A stretch of DNA of 64,000 nt from Nemertoderma westbladi (GCA_032718475.1 JAUCBJ010008293.1:2162-66161), one strand, 5' to 3'; shown: positions 39,693-52,826, numbered from the stretch's first letter. Numbers and translations: made by a program. The notes: a model not told the origin generated them from the letters alone.

Positions 39693-40802
39693 TTGTGATA
39701 TTATGTTTATATCTTTTCTAATGTTGACACTTGCTTCTCTTGCATTAATAGAACCATTTGCCAAGAACTAGGCCTACTCACGGCTGAGAGATAGGTAACA
39801 TATTGGCTCTATAACAGGTGAAGGTATTAATAGTGGGATTTAGTCAGATGTTTAGTAATGATTGTCGATTATATTGCGGCGTATATAATGTTATGATTTC
39901 GGTATAGAACTTAATTCTTTCACACCGTGTGTTTAATAACTATTATTGGTGAGAGATATTGGCTATTTTCTAGTAAATGCCATTGTACTACAAGTCAAAC
40001 TGAACCCTCGTATTTGTTACACTGATTCCGGGGTCTAACGCATATCCTCGACCGGCCACTGGATGTCCGACAGCAGGTTCCCTGAGCGAAACAGGAAGTC
40101 ACGTGGGAAGGGGGGTGGGGGGGTAGTCATTCTACTAGAGAAGCGCCTAAGGGATCGGATAAGGGTCTTTCGAGTATCTCACAGACCCGACGAAATATAT
40201 CCCTCTAGTGACCTTTACCAGAGGAGTTTCCCTTAGATTTCTCGGAATTGAGTTTCAGAATCTAAAACACCCACAAATGTAGCAGCAGGTCACATCTCGA
40301 TAACTGAAATAGATATCGCTTAGCTGTTTGCAGATTCAGAGTCAGAGGAAAATTCTGGTTACAATGAGATCAAAAAATAAAAATCTCCCCTTCCTACATG
40401 TAGGCCTAGGTCCGTTTCTAGCGGTACTGCCACATTTATGCTGAAAATTTCTTGCAATTTGTTTGTTCCAGTAGTTCCTAATGAAGTAGTACAATAATGC
40501 AGTATTAAAGACATTTCAAAAATACTTGGTGTTTTTCAGAAATAATTTATCAAAATAACTTCACATTTTTTTTCAAAAAAACGACATCGATTTTAATATT
40601 CATGGCTCTTCTAACCGAAACCCACTCCATGAGATAGAGAATCTTAAACGAAAGTCAAAAGAACATGTAACACTAGATTGTTTAGAAAGACCCCGTATCT
40701 GTGGCTGTATGGGTGAGAGTTAAATAGCCTATCTCCCTGAGAATATTGTTGTGTTCTAGAATATTCATTATAGTTTCATCTTATTGCCAAAGTGGCTGGA
40801 GC

Positions 40803-41064
40803 TGAAGTTAATATGTTTATGTATGAAGTTAATATGTTTATGTATGAAGTTAATATGTTTATGTATGAAGTTATGTTTATGTATGAAGTTATGTTTATGT
40901 ATGAAGTTAATATGTTTATGTATGAAGTTAATATGTTTATGTATGAAGTTAATATGTTTATGTATGAAGTTAATATGTTTATGTATGAAGTTAATATGTT
41001 TATGTATGAAGTTAATATGTTTATGTATGAAGTTAATATGTTTATGTATGAAGTTAATATGTTT
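40803..41064. repeat. 21-bp minisatellite
   Basis: GAAGTTAATATGTTTATGTAT, about 12 copies, two of them 18-bp variants. Confidence 0.95.
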
Positions 41065-41859
41065 GCAACAATTCACCTCAAATATCTTGGTGTGGCTGGA
41101 CATATGGACATTAATATTCATTTGGTTGGACATTAATATTGTAGAGCTAAGGTAATCTTTGAGTATAATGTTCGTAAATTATAGTACTAAAGTAGATTAG
41201 TTTTCACAAATGTTGTGGATGGGACACATTCCCTTATTATTACTTCAAAAGGTCATGACAGATTTTTGCTGAATTCTTTTTGTGGCACATTGGTTGGAAT
41301 ATTATTGTCGAATAAAATGAGCCATTACTCTGATATCTATAAGAAATAAATGGCCATGAAATATGCAAATGTCCCGTCCGCAACGCGGTACAGATGAGAT
41401 TTACACAGCGCACTTATAGTCAGTCAGAACGTTATTGTAATACTAAATAATAATAATAAAAAGTTCATTCCGAAATTACGAAACGGTCGAAGGAGAAAAA
41501 AACCTTTTGTTTACAGATTAATATTTTGGAGGAATTTATAAAATTATGTAATAGGAATTAACATATTGGAGTACCTAGGCTACCTTTAGCTTTGGTAATT
41601 AATTAAAACAACCAGACAGTAAGGAATATAGCTCCACCTAGCGGTACCAAAATTAATATTTAATGTCCCAGTTTCAGTTAGTTTGTTATTAACTTAATAA
41701 CAGATTGTTTTTATCTAAGTATATCGCGACCAGGGTGTTGTAGTCCATCATAGTCCTCAGCGTTGTCATAGAAATAATAACAAAATACTCATTCTGGAAT
41801 CTGAAACAACAACAACAACATCGGCTAATGAAAATATTTCGAAAAAATAATTTAATAAA

Positions 41860-44518
41860 TATATGGGAATATATATGGGAAAACAAATAAATAAATATAT
41901 ATATTGGAAAACAAATAAATAAATATATTGGAAAACAAATAAATAAATATATTGGAAAACAAATAAATAAATATATTGGAAAACAAATAAATAAATATAT
42001 GGGAAAACAAATAAATAAATATATGGGAAAAAAAAAAAATATATTGGAAAACAAATAAATAAATATATGGGAAAACAAATAAATAAATATATGGGAAAAC
42101 AAATAAATAAATATATGGGAAAACAAATAAATAAATATATATATTGGAAAACAAATAAATAAATATATGGGAAAACAAATAAATAAATATAATGGAAAAC
42201 AAATAAATAAATATATGGGAAAACAAATAAATAAATATATGGGAAAACAAATAAAAAAATATATGGGAAAACAAATAAAAAAATATATGGGAAAACAAAT
42301 AAAAAAATATATGGGAAAACAAATAAATAAAAATATGGGAAAACAAATAAATAAATATATGGGAAAACAAATAAATAAATATATGGGAAAACAAATAAAT
42401 AAATATAATGGAAAACAAATAAATAAATATATGGGAAAACAAATAAATAAATATATGGGAAAAAAAAAAATAAATATATGGGAAAACAAATAAATAAATA
42501 TATGGGAAAACAAATAAATAAATATATGGGAAAACAAATAAATAAATATATGGGAATACAAATAAATAAATATATGGGAAAAAAAAAAAATAAATATATG
42601 GGAAAACAAATAAATAAATATTTGGGAAAACAAATAAATAAATATATTGGAAAACAAATAAATAAATATATGGGAAAACAAATAAAAAAATATATGGGAA
42701 AACAAATAAAAAAATATATGGGAAAACAAATAAAAAAATATATGGGAAAACAAATAAAAAAATATATGGGAAAACAAATAAATAAAAATATGGGAAAACA
42801 AATAAATAAATATATGGGAAAACAAATAAATAAATATATGGGAAAACAAATAAATAAAAATATGGGAAAACAAATAAATAAATATATGGGAAAACAAATA
42901 AATAAATATATGGGAAAACAAATAAATAAATATATGGGAAAACAAATAAATAAATATTTGGGAAAACAAATAAATAAATATATTGGAAAACAAATAAATA
43001 AATATATGGGAAAACAAATAAATAAATATATTGGAAAACAAATAAATAAATATATGGGAAAACAAATAAAAAAATATATGGGAAAACAAATAAAAAAATA
43101 TATGGGAAAACAAATAAAAAAATATATGGGAAAACAAATAAATAAATATATGGGAAAACAAATAAAAAAATATATGGGAAAACAAATAAAAAAATATATG
43201 GGAAAACAAATAAAAAAATATATGGGAAAACAAATAAAAAAATATATGGGAAAACAAATAAATAAAAATATGGGAAAACAAATAAATAAATATATGGGAA
43301 AACAAATAAATAAATATTTGGGAAAACAAATAAATAAATATATTGGAAAACAAATAAATAAATATATGGGAAAACAAATAAATAAATATATTGGAAAACA
43401 AATAAATAAATATATGGGAAAACAAATAAATAAATATATTGGAAAACAAATAAATAAATATATGGGAAAACAAATAAAAAAATATATGGGAAAACAAATA
43501 AAAAAATATATGGGAAAACAAATAAAAAAATATATGGGAAAACAAATAAAAAAATATATGGGAAAACAAATAAATAAATATATGGGAAAACAAATAAATA
43601 AATATATGGGAATACAAATAAATAAATATATGGGAAAAAAAATAAATAAATATATGGGAAAACAAATAAATAAATATTTGGGAAAACAAATAAATAAATA
43701 TATGGGAAAACAAATAAATAAATATATTGGAAAACAAATAAATAAATATATGGGAAAACAAATAAAAAAATATATGGGAAAACAAATAAAAAAATATATG
43801 GGAAAACAAATAAAAAAATATATGGGAAAACAAATAAAAAAATATATGGGAAAACAAATAAATAAAAATATGGGAAAACAAATAAATAAATATATGGGAA
43901 AAAAAATAAATAAATATATGGGAAAACAAATAAATAAATATATGGGAAAACAAATAAATAAATATATGGGAAAACAAATAAATAAATATATGGGAAAACA
44001 AATAAATAAATATATGGGAAAACAAATAAATAAATATATGGGAAAACAAATAAATAAATATATGGGAAAACAAATAAATAAATATATGGGAAAACAAATA
44101 AATAAATATATGGGAAAACAAATAAAAAAATATATGGGAAAACAAATAAAAAAATATATGGGAAAACAAATAAAAAAATATATGGGAAAACAAATAAAAA
44201 AATATATGGGAAAACAAATAAATAAATATATGGGAAAACAAATAAATAAATATATGGGAAAACAAATAAATAAATATATGGGAAAACAAATAAATAAATA
44301 TATGGGAAAACAAATAAATAAATATATGGGAAAACAAATAAATAAATATATGGGAAAACAAATAAATAAATATATGGGAAAACAAATAAATAAATATATG
44401 GGAAAACAAATAAATAAATATATGGGAAAACAAATAAATAAATATATGGGAAAACAAATAAATAAATATATGGGAAAACAAATAAATAAATATATGGGAA
44501 AACAAATAAATAAATATA
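41860..44518. repeat. 24-bp AT-rich satellite
   Basis: ATATATGGGAAAACAAATAAATAA, about 110 copies. It generates the spurious MGKQINKY and FSHIFIYL ORFs. Confidence 0.97.
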
Positions 44519-44571
44519 AAATAAATCCTATCTGGACAATAACTGCACAGTTATTATATATATATAACTAC

Positions 44572-46010
44572 CCCCCGCAACCTCCCAACCTACCGATACA
44601 GTTTCACCACCGACGATGTCTCTCCCTCGACCGACTCCCCGCAACCTCCCAACCTACGGATACAGTTTCACCACCGACGATGTCTCTCCCTCGACCGACA
44701 ACCTCCCAACCTACCGATACAGTTTCACCACCGACGATGTCTCTCCCTCGACCGACAACCTCCCAACCTACCTATACAGTTTCACCACCGACGATGTCTC
44801 TCCCTCGACCGACTCCCCGCAACCTCCCAACCTACCTATACAGTTTCACCACCGACGATGTCTCTCCCTCGACCGACTCCCCGCAACCTCCCAACCTACC
44901 GATACAGTTTCACCACCGACGATGTCTCTCCCTCGACCGACTCCCCGCAACCTCCCAACCTACCGATACAGTTTCACCACCGACGATGTTTCTCCCTCGA
45001 CCGACAACCTCCCAACCTACCGATACAGTTTCACCACCGACGATGTCTCTCCCTCGACCGACAACCTCCCAACCTACCGATACAGTTTCACCACCGACGA
45101 TGTCTCTCCCTCGACCGACAACCTCCCAACCTACCTATACAGTTTCACCACCGACGATGTCTCTCCCTCGACCGACAACCTCCCAACCTACCGATACAGT
45201 TTCACCACCGACGATGTCTCTCCCTCGACCGACAACCTCCCAACCTACCTATACAGTTTCACCACCGACGATGTCTCTCCCTCGACCGACAACCTCCCAA
45301 CCTACCGATACAGTTTCACCACCGACGATGTCTCTCCCTCGACCGACAACCTCCCAACCTACCTATACAGTTTCACCACCGACGATGTCTCTCCCTCGAC
45401 CGACTCCCCGCAACCTCCCAACCTACCGATACAGTTTCACCACCGCCGATGTCTCTCCCTCGACCGACAACCTCCCAACCTACCGATACAGTTTCACCAC
45501 CGACGATGTCTCTCCCTCGACCGACAACCTCCCAACCTACCTATACAGTTTCACCACCGACGATGTCTCTCCCTCGACCGACTCCCCGCAACCTCCCAAC
45601 CTACCGATACAGTTTCACCACCGACGATGTCTCTCCCTCGACCGACAACCTCCCAACCTACCGATACAGTTTCACCACCGACGATGTCTCTCCCTCGACC
45701 GACTCCCCGCAACCTCCCAACCTACCGATACAGTTTCACCACCGACGATGTCTCTCCCTCGACCGACAACCTCCCAACCTACCTATACAGTTTCACCACC
45801 GACGATGTCTCTCCCTCGACCGACTCCCCGCAACCTCCCAACCTACCGATACAGTTTCACCACCGACGATGTCTCTCCCTCGACCGACAACCTCCCAACC
45901 TACCTATACAGTTTCACCACCGACGATGTCTCTCCCTCGACCGACTCCCCGCAACCTCCCAACCTACCGATACAGTTTCACCACCGACGATGTCTCTCCC
46001 TCGACCGACT
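44572..46010 (-). repeat. 57/64-bp tandem array derived from the LUC7L3 C-terminus, stop codon and adjacent 3' sequence
   Basis: Minus-strand unit GTCGGTCGAGGGAGAGACATCGTCGGTGGTGAAACTGTAT(C/A)GGTAGGTTGGGAGGTT(GCGGGGA). The first copy is the true end of exon 4. Confidence 0.93.
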
Positions 46011-46205
46011 CCGTCTCCTATTGTCTCTCCTCCGTCGATCCTCCTTTGATCTCCCACCTCGCTCCCTCGACCTGCTCCTTCTACGAGGGGAGCGCCGCTC
46101 CCAGGAGCTGCGACTGTGACGATCGCGGGAACGGTGTCTTCGATTATCTTCGGAATGGTTTCGTCGATCTTCGGAGACTTTTATCTGACTTTTTGTTACC
46201 TCGAC
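45978..46205 (-). CDS. LUC7L3: LUC7L3-like splicing factor, exon 4 (RS domain)
   Basis: Acceptor tttcctttag|GTC, phase 0. Translates VEVTKSQIKVSEDRRNH...RRRSRSRERHRRW*. Not in the ORF track. Confidence 0.85.
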   Translation of the reverse strand, partial: VEVTKSQIKVSEDRRNHSEDNRRHRSRDRHSRSSWERRSPRRRSRSRERGGRSKEDRRRRDNRRRSRSRERHRRW

Positions 46206-46472
46206 CTAAAGGAAACAAGCAAAAACTTAAAATATTGTCTTTCCATCATTAAAATATTTTGCACGCTGCTCAATTCTGGTCAGTAAATATTTAATGCGTG
46301 GCATTGTTAACTAAAGCTCGAAATATATTAATAATTAATAAAGAATGGAAAAAGTATAAGTATCCAAATTTTTTTTTAATTACATTAAAAGCAAAAGAAT
46401 TTGTTTTGAATAAAAAATAATACAACACAATTGTTTTAGACTTTAAAAAGTTGTGAGAATAATGTAAAATTC

Positions 46473-46853
46473 TAAAGTTTAAACGGAATCCCCATCCCGT
46501 AAAATCGGGATCCCGGATAAAAATGCAATACCGATCCCGACTTTTTGTGTAAGGGGATCCCGAAGTATAAATAGTGAAGTAAATTTGTTGAATATCTGAT
46601 AAATAGTTCCAGCAGAACGGGAGTGTTTTAATTATATCGAATTTTATGTCAGTAAACCAGCCAGTAATCAATTGAAAAATATTTTTAATAAATATAACTT
46701 TATCTTTCAGAAGTGTACGTGTACGATAAAGTCAGCCAAAACCAGCCACATACTTATAACTTCAAGCAGTTTAAGGAATTTAATCAGAATCAGTTTCCCG
46801 AAGGGTCCAATCCCGGTCCCGATCCCTAAAAGTCTGATCCCGTTTAAACACTA
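46473..46853. mobile_element. hAT-like MITE
   Basis: Imperfect TIR TAAAGTTTAAACGGAATC / GATCCCGTTTAAACACTA with many subterminal ATCCCG motifs. No clear TSD. Confidence 0.5.
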
Positions 46854-47315
46854 GCACATTGAACAGTTTGGTGACGCATATTGGAATATATACTACATTT
46901 GAACAAACACCACATCCCGGAATATAATACTGTTAGCTGAGATATGGGCGGAGATATATAAACATTTAGTAGTTCCAGCAGAATTTTTGTTTAAGGTACA
47001 ATAAATTTAACTTGTTGTTCATCGGTTGTTTTTACGCCTTAGACTAAAATAACATTAATAATTTTTTAGAACGCATTGCTATGAAATTGTCGAATAATTT
47101 TTAGGGTTATATGTTAGATGGGTTTTCCAAATGAATGAAACTTTACTCAAAATGATTTAAGATATTAGCAAAAGCACTGGTCTCCAGTCTTTCCCACCAA
47201 GCTCTCTGTTTTTCAAATTTCATGTAATATAAATCAATCTCGTAGATTTGCGGAGGGTTTTCGCATATAAAGATATATTCCAGGATATGGCGTAGTGCCA
47301 ACATGATTGTACAGC

Positions 47316-48450
47316 GTGGGGCGAGCCACAAAGTCAAGGTGAGCCTTAGGGATAACGGTGAAATTAGAGGACCGTCAATCGTCGTCACTTAAACGCTAAT
47401 AAGTCGGTCAATCTTTGGTGAGATGGAACCAAACTTTGTACACATAATCTATCTATATTATTATTATTGTTATTTATTTTATTGCCTGAAACTCAAAAGT
47501 AAAATTTTGAGGCAGCGCGGTGAGCCGTTGTAGCCGACACTGATTGGCTGCAATAAACGTCAGCAGACTCTCCGGATCTACTACTACGATCGGCATGCTG
47601 CATTATATATATATTATATATATATATAAAGAATGCTGTGCCGGCTTGTCGACCAAATTGCGCCGCCACAACTCCCTATCACCCATGACATTTGCTAGAT
47701 CATCCGCATCTTCAAGGCCAGTGTCCTTTAAGATGCGTCTCAAGAAAGTCATGGGCTGTCCACCATGCTTATTCACTCCATGAGGCTGCCAAAGTACAAG
47801 ATTTTGCACTGGCTGGTCCTCACGGCGATAGCAATGTCCTGCAAAGCGGAAGCGATTTTGTTCTAGTGTCAAGCTTGGGGGAACCAATGAGACACCTCCA
47901 ATGTTATATAGTGTCTGGTTGGAGATGTGTGCATTGTACTTGATACAATGAACCCGGCGTAGCATTCTTGTGAATGTGCCATCCAGAGATTTGGTGTCCT
48001 CAGCAGTTAGAGCCCAGCATGGACTCCCATAGAGGAGTACTGGTACTACTGCTGCTCTAAATAACCGGACTTTAAGTTTCCGATTAATTCTCGGTGACTT
48101 CCAAATCCTGGAAAGCCTATTCAAGGCTGCCCATGCCTTTCCCTTACGTATTCGAAGGTCCTCACCTGATCTACAGATTTAATCTAACCGCTTCGCAGGA
48201 TATCGCTTTCACCGTGAGGACCAGCCAGTTCCGATATCCTGACTTTCATGAGACGCCTCTTAAAGGACACTGCAATAATCTCGCAAAATTCACTGCGTAG
48301 TTGTGGCGGTTGCAGTACAATTTTTTTTGTTAAGCCTGCATAGTGATCTCGTTTATATTTATATAGTTCCTCGATAGACGGTCCTTAAATCGTACCGCTA
48401 TGCTAAGGCTCTTCTAGACTACGTGCTGCGCGAAGGCCTCAAGAACATGT
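47316..48450 (+). mobile_element. HINE-like element interrupted by an RTE fragment
   Basis: Same 5' and 3' family motifs as the copies at 17274 and 35136. Confidence 0.55.
47582..48167 (-). mobile_element. 5'-truncated RTE-group LINE 3' fragment
   Basis: Highly similar to 28181-28760; (TAG)n tail; TSD GATCTAC (47575-47581, 48168-48174). Confidence 0.9.
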
Positions 48451-49064
48451 TCAATATGTCTGTTATGTATTACGGTAGAATCTATATCAATATGTACTGT
48501 ACGAAGTTCTCTTTGGAGGTTCATGTATCTGTATTGTACAGACTGAATTAATAGAGGCAAATTAGATTATAATTTGTACGATAGGCGAGTAAAGAAATGA
48601 TAAATTGGAAGTGAATTGTTAAAAAAAAAATTAGATAGACTCCATTCTACCCATTTATTCAATTTATAACAGCCTATAGAGAATAAAATAGAAGCTCGTA
48701 TTGGGTACCTGAAGCCAAACTGTTGATGAATACGATGTTGTCTTTAACAATATCAGAAGCCATATCATCATCATCTTCTTAACTTCTCTTTAGACACTGG
48801 ATTAAACATTTGCTCCCAAGGTTCAAGATTATTTAGACTGATATATTTACCCACCTTTACACTGGAGTCACTCGGCTACCAGTTCTGTTCCCATGGAGAC
48901 TTATGTAAACAACACGAACAAATATTATGTGTGTTCTCTATAATTGACTACAATAGGCATAAAACGCTAAAATTGTAATATTATTATTAATTAAATAAGT
49001 AATTATTACACCAATATATAATACTGTAGTTAGTTATTTATTTTCATATTATTATAAAATTTGT

Positions 49065-49165
49065 TGGGCACAGCAAGTCGGCAATGACGTCCAGATGGGA
49101 TCGAACTGGTGACCTCCGGGTTGGAAGACTATGGCACTCTAACCATCTGCTGCCACTGCGCTCAA
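49065..49165 (-). mobile_element. tRNA-derived SINE head fragment
   Basis: Minus strand has TGGCAGCAGATGG (A-box-like), an anticodon-loop-like CTTCCAA and AGTTCGATCCC (B box). The acceptor stem does not close. Confidence 0.55.
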
Positions 49166-49231
49166 CCCTACTGCAGTAGTCGTCTTAACAACGAAGTAAC
49201 TTAAGTACGTCTTTAACAACTCGCTACAATG

Positions 49232-49657
49232 AAGGGGTAGCGTATAACGAAACGAAAATAAGCATATTTGGCAATAACGAAACGAATAAATAACGTAACG
49301 AAAAAACGAAGTAAAACTGTTTCGTTAAATTAAAAAGTTATTAATCATTATGATATAAATTTATTAATATATAAAAATAATTGAAAAATAATAAATAATA
49401 ATATGATATGATATTATCTTTAATAGTTGTAGGTTGTAGAAAGTATTTCCTTTAATTAATACAGCCAACCTTTATTGCCCACCAGGTTCTCCTTTATACC
49501 ACTGCAATGGAACAGCCTAGAGCGGACTACTACAGTAGAACTGTAATAAGGAACTAAGGCAATACTGATAGTAAATTAGTACCGGTACTACACCCAATAG
49601 AGCAACTGGTATACCTGGTATTCCATCTGCCGGGACGTTACGTATGTTATATACCAG

Positions 49658-49689
<32 letters not shown>

Positions 49690-50835
49690 ATATACCAGTA
49701 TATATAGTGTAAAAACCTAAAAGGAGACAAACCGCAAAAAGTTGTGAGGTGTCAACGGTACCGGTACCGGTTAGCGGTGTACCGGTACCGGTTAGCGGTG
49801 TACAGGTACCGGTTAGCGGTGTACCGGTACCGGTTGGCGGTGTACCGGTACCGGTTGGCGGTGTACCGGTACCGGTTAGTGGTGTACCGGTACCGGTTAG
49901 CGGTGTACCGGTACCGGTTAGCGGTGTACCGGTACCGGTTAGCGGTATACCGGTACCGGTTAGCGGTGTACCGGTACCGGTTAGCGGTGTACCGGTACCG
50001 GTTAGCGGTGTACCGGTACCGGTGTACCGGTACCGGTTAGCGGTGTACCGGTACCGGTTAGCGGTGTACCGGTACCGGTGTACCGGTACCGGTTAGCGGT
50101 GTACCGGTACCGGTTAGCGGTGTACCGGTACCGGTTAGCGGTGTACCGGTACCGGTTAGCGGTGTACAGGTACCGGTTAGCGGTGTACCGGTACCGGTGT
50201 ACCGGTATCGGTTAGCGGTGTACCGGCACCGGTTAGCGGTGTACCGGTACCGGTTAGCGGTGTACCGGTACCGGTTAGCGGTGTACCGGTACCGGTTAGC
50301 GGTGTACCGGTACCGGTTAGCGGTGTACAGGTACCGGTTAGCGGTGTACCGGTACCGGTATCGGTTAGCGGTGTACCGGCACCGGTTAGCGGAGTACCGG
50401 TACCGGTTAGCGGTGTACCGGTACCGGTTAGCGGTGTACAGGTACCGGTTAGCGGTGTACCGGTACCGGTTAGCGGTGTACCGGTACCGGTTAGCGGTGT
50501 ACCGGTACCGGTTAGCGGTGTACCGGTACCGGTTAGCGGTGTACCGGTACCGGTTAGCGGTGTACCGGTACCGGTTAGCGGTGTACCGGTATATTGATAG
50601 AATTAATGTACTACATTATACTATATTGTATTCTGTATTGTAAACTTTTATTTTATAAAATTAAAATTTTACAACAAAACGAAACTAAAATAAAAACGAA
50701 TTAATCTGCGATAAGAAACCAAAAATTCATAGATTGAAAAAAAAACGAAACGAATATATATATATATTTGATTGGATTTGTAAAAACGAAACGAAATACA
50801 AATTTCTTACGTTTCGTTTCGTTATGCCATCCCTG
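49232..50835. mobile_element. hAT-like element carrying an internal satellite
   Basis: Right end is the reverse complement of CAGGGATGGCATAACGAAACGAAAC. Left end AGGGGTAGCGTATAACGAAACGAAA is diverged. AACGAA subterminal repeats on both sides. Confidence 0.55.
49756..50590. repeat. 21-bp palindrome-rich, CpG-rich minisatellite
   Basis: GTACCGGTACCGGTTAGCGGT, about 40 copies, inside LUC7L3 intron 3. Confidence 0.97.
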
Positions 50836-51137
50836 GTGAAATTTAACCACGAACCATCACAGCCACAATGATTAATTAATTAAACACTCTAACTACTAAT
50901 TTAGGAGGACTGTTACACCCATAGAGAAATGCGACCGGTTATTTTTTTTAAATTCATTAAACTGGTGTTTAGTGTGAATGAGTGGTTTCATATTAAGTTG
51001 GGAACAGCTTAACAAACTCTAAAAACTATATAAGTAACTTATTATTATGAATTAGAAATTATTCTATCGGATATATATTATATACCTGAGGAGATGACGA
51101 GTAGCCAAGCAACCGGAGCCCCGCGTTACATACTCAC

Positions 51138-51479
51138 CTTGGCAGCATCGGAGGTCGCCGTCCCTCTACCACCACCATCGCGGGTATCCGTCGCCCCGTA
51201 CAACTCTAACCTCAACTCCCGGGCGCTTTTACGCAGCATATCGAACCCGATGTGTTGCTTCCCGTTGGCGTGGTCGTCCACGCGGGTCGGCGCGTCGTTC
51301 ATCACCAGGAAACAGCCGCACACCTCGCAGACCTCCATCAGTTTGGTCTGGTTGGTGTACTTCTCGTCGGTGGCCTGTTGTCGCTCTCTCGCTTTCAGCA
51401 GATGGTCGCACTCTGACAGCTTCTGTTGGGCGGCGTCGACTAGACCATCGGAACCCAGACGTTCCACATCGTCGAGAAT
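51138..51479 (-). CDS. LUC7L3: LUC7L3-like, exon 3 (second zinc finger)
   Basis: MEVCEVCGCFLVMNDAPTRVDDHANGKQHIGF; acceptor tttag|ATT, donor AAG|GTGAGT. Confidence 0.93.
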
Positions 51480-51591
51480 CTAAACGCCAACAACGGGCTA
51501 TCAGTATCTATAGTAACTGAGTAAAAATACAAAGACGGCTGGTAGCTATACTGCTATAGTAACTGAAAACCGAGTAAACAAACAAACTAAC

Positions 51592-51739
51592 ATCTTGTAT
51601 TTTAGTCTGCAACACATCGGACTGCGGTTCCTTCCTCCCGTCAGGAGTTCTCACCAAGGCTGTTGAACCGCACAATCTCAGCCTTTCCTGCCCCTGTCTA
51701 ATACGGCCGTCGCATTTGCTGATAATGCTCTGTATAAAT
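51592..51739 (-). CDS. LUC7L3: LUC7L3-like, exon 2
   Basis: FIQSIISKCDGRIRQGQERL...; acceptor catag|A, donor GAT|GTTAGT; phases fit both neighbouring exons. Confidence 0.88.
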
Positions 51740-52185
51740 CTATGGGGATTACAAATATTATAGAATAAAAATTGGGTAGACCTAAAATGTTGCAGTGTTA
51801 TTATGGAAAGGAGCAGGTTACAGTGGCACGTTATTTTAACCAAAACAATTAACTAAACACAATAGAACAGGTTACAGTTTTATTTTTGAGAGTTTATCAG
51901 CTGTTATTTGCGTCGAAATTCCCCTATTTAGTAGCCTACAGTCTGACAGTAGTCTGGTAGTACAGTAGTACAGTACCGGTAGTACAGTACTGTTGTAGTG
52001 TTGCTGTATTGCCTCCCCAAAATGCCAGTGGAGCGATCAGACGATTACAGGATTAGGCCTACAGGAGTGGACAATTGCAGAATTGAACGTTGAAAGGCCT
52101 GTTCTCCTTGAAGAAAGAACCGACAAGTGGACAGACCAGTAAGTCAGTAAGTGGGAAGTGCGGTCTGGTCTGTTTACAGTCTAAC

Positions 52186-52448
52186 CTGAGAAAATCGTCC
52201 TCATAACGAAGACGTTTGTACCGAGAACTCTTCTTATATTCTTCAACCAGTGCTGGGTCGTGGACCAGAGGACATGGCCCGAGGTCGCTTTTCGTGTTAT
52301 TGAATAATGACATTGGACAATATGCTACCAGAAAGTATTTGCAAACACTCTCATCATCAAACCCAATCTTATAACCTTCTTCATTAGGAAGCAGGTTTCG
52401 GTTGGTTCCCATCAATTCATTTAGCAAATCTCGCGCTGCGTCACACAT
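52186..52448 (-). CDS. LUC7L3: LUC7L3-like, exon 1 (first zinc finger)
   Basis: MCDAARDLLNELMGTNRNL...SVCKYFLVAYCPMSLFNNTKSDLGPCPLVHD matches the LUC7L3/CROP N-terminus; donor AG|GTTAG. Confidence 0.93.
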
Positions 52449-52651
52449 TGTGTGATTTTACAAGAATATTAACAGTAACAATAAACATCTGAACATAAAT
52501 GAATACTGCTGTACTGGAATACTGTAGGCGTATTACTGTACTATAATATTAGGAGAGGCCTATAGCTGTAGGACAGTAGGATAGTTAAAACTTCTCTGTC
52601 TTTATCTGATCAGCTGATATAACGGATGACGGTATCTGATACTTCGCGCTT

Positions 52652-52826
52652 GTTCCACCTTGGTGCAGTGCCATCTTGGTGTAGTGGTTAGATTGAATTC
52701 ATATCTCTGTGAGGTTGTGGATTCAACCCCCGCATGGGGGCCAAGGTAGTTTTCGTTTCGGCACGAATGTCTTGAAGGGTTTAGCCAGGCATCTCCTCTG
52801 CCTTGCCGTGCCTTGCCCTTAAATGG
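52652..52826 (+). mobile_element. Truncated tRNA-derived SINE, same family as 10250
   Basis: Shares TGGTGTAGTGGTT..TTGAATTCA and GTTTTCGTTTCGGCACGAATG with the 10250 copy. The B box is degenerate. Confidence 0.7.

Noticed and set aside
41689-46252. 938-aa and 1213-aa ORFs
   Set aside because: Satellite read-through. The real coding sequence here is LUC7L3 exon 4 on the minus strand.
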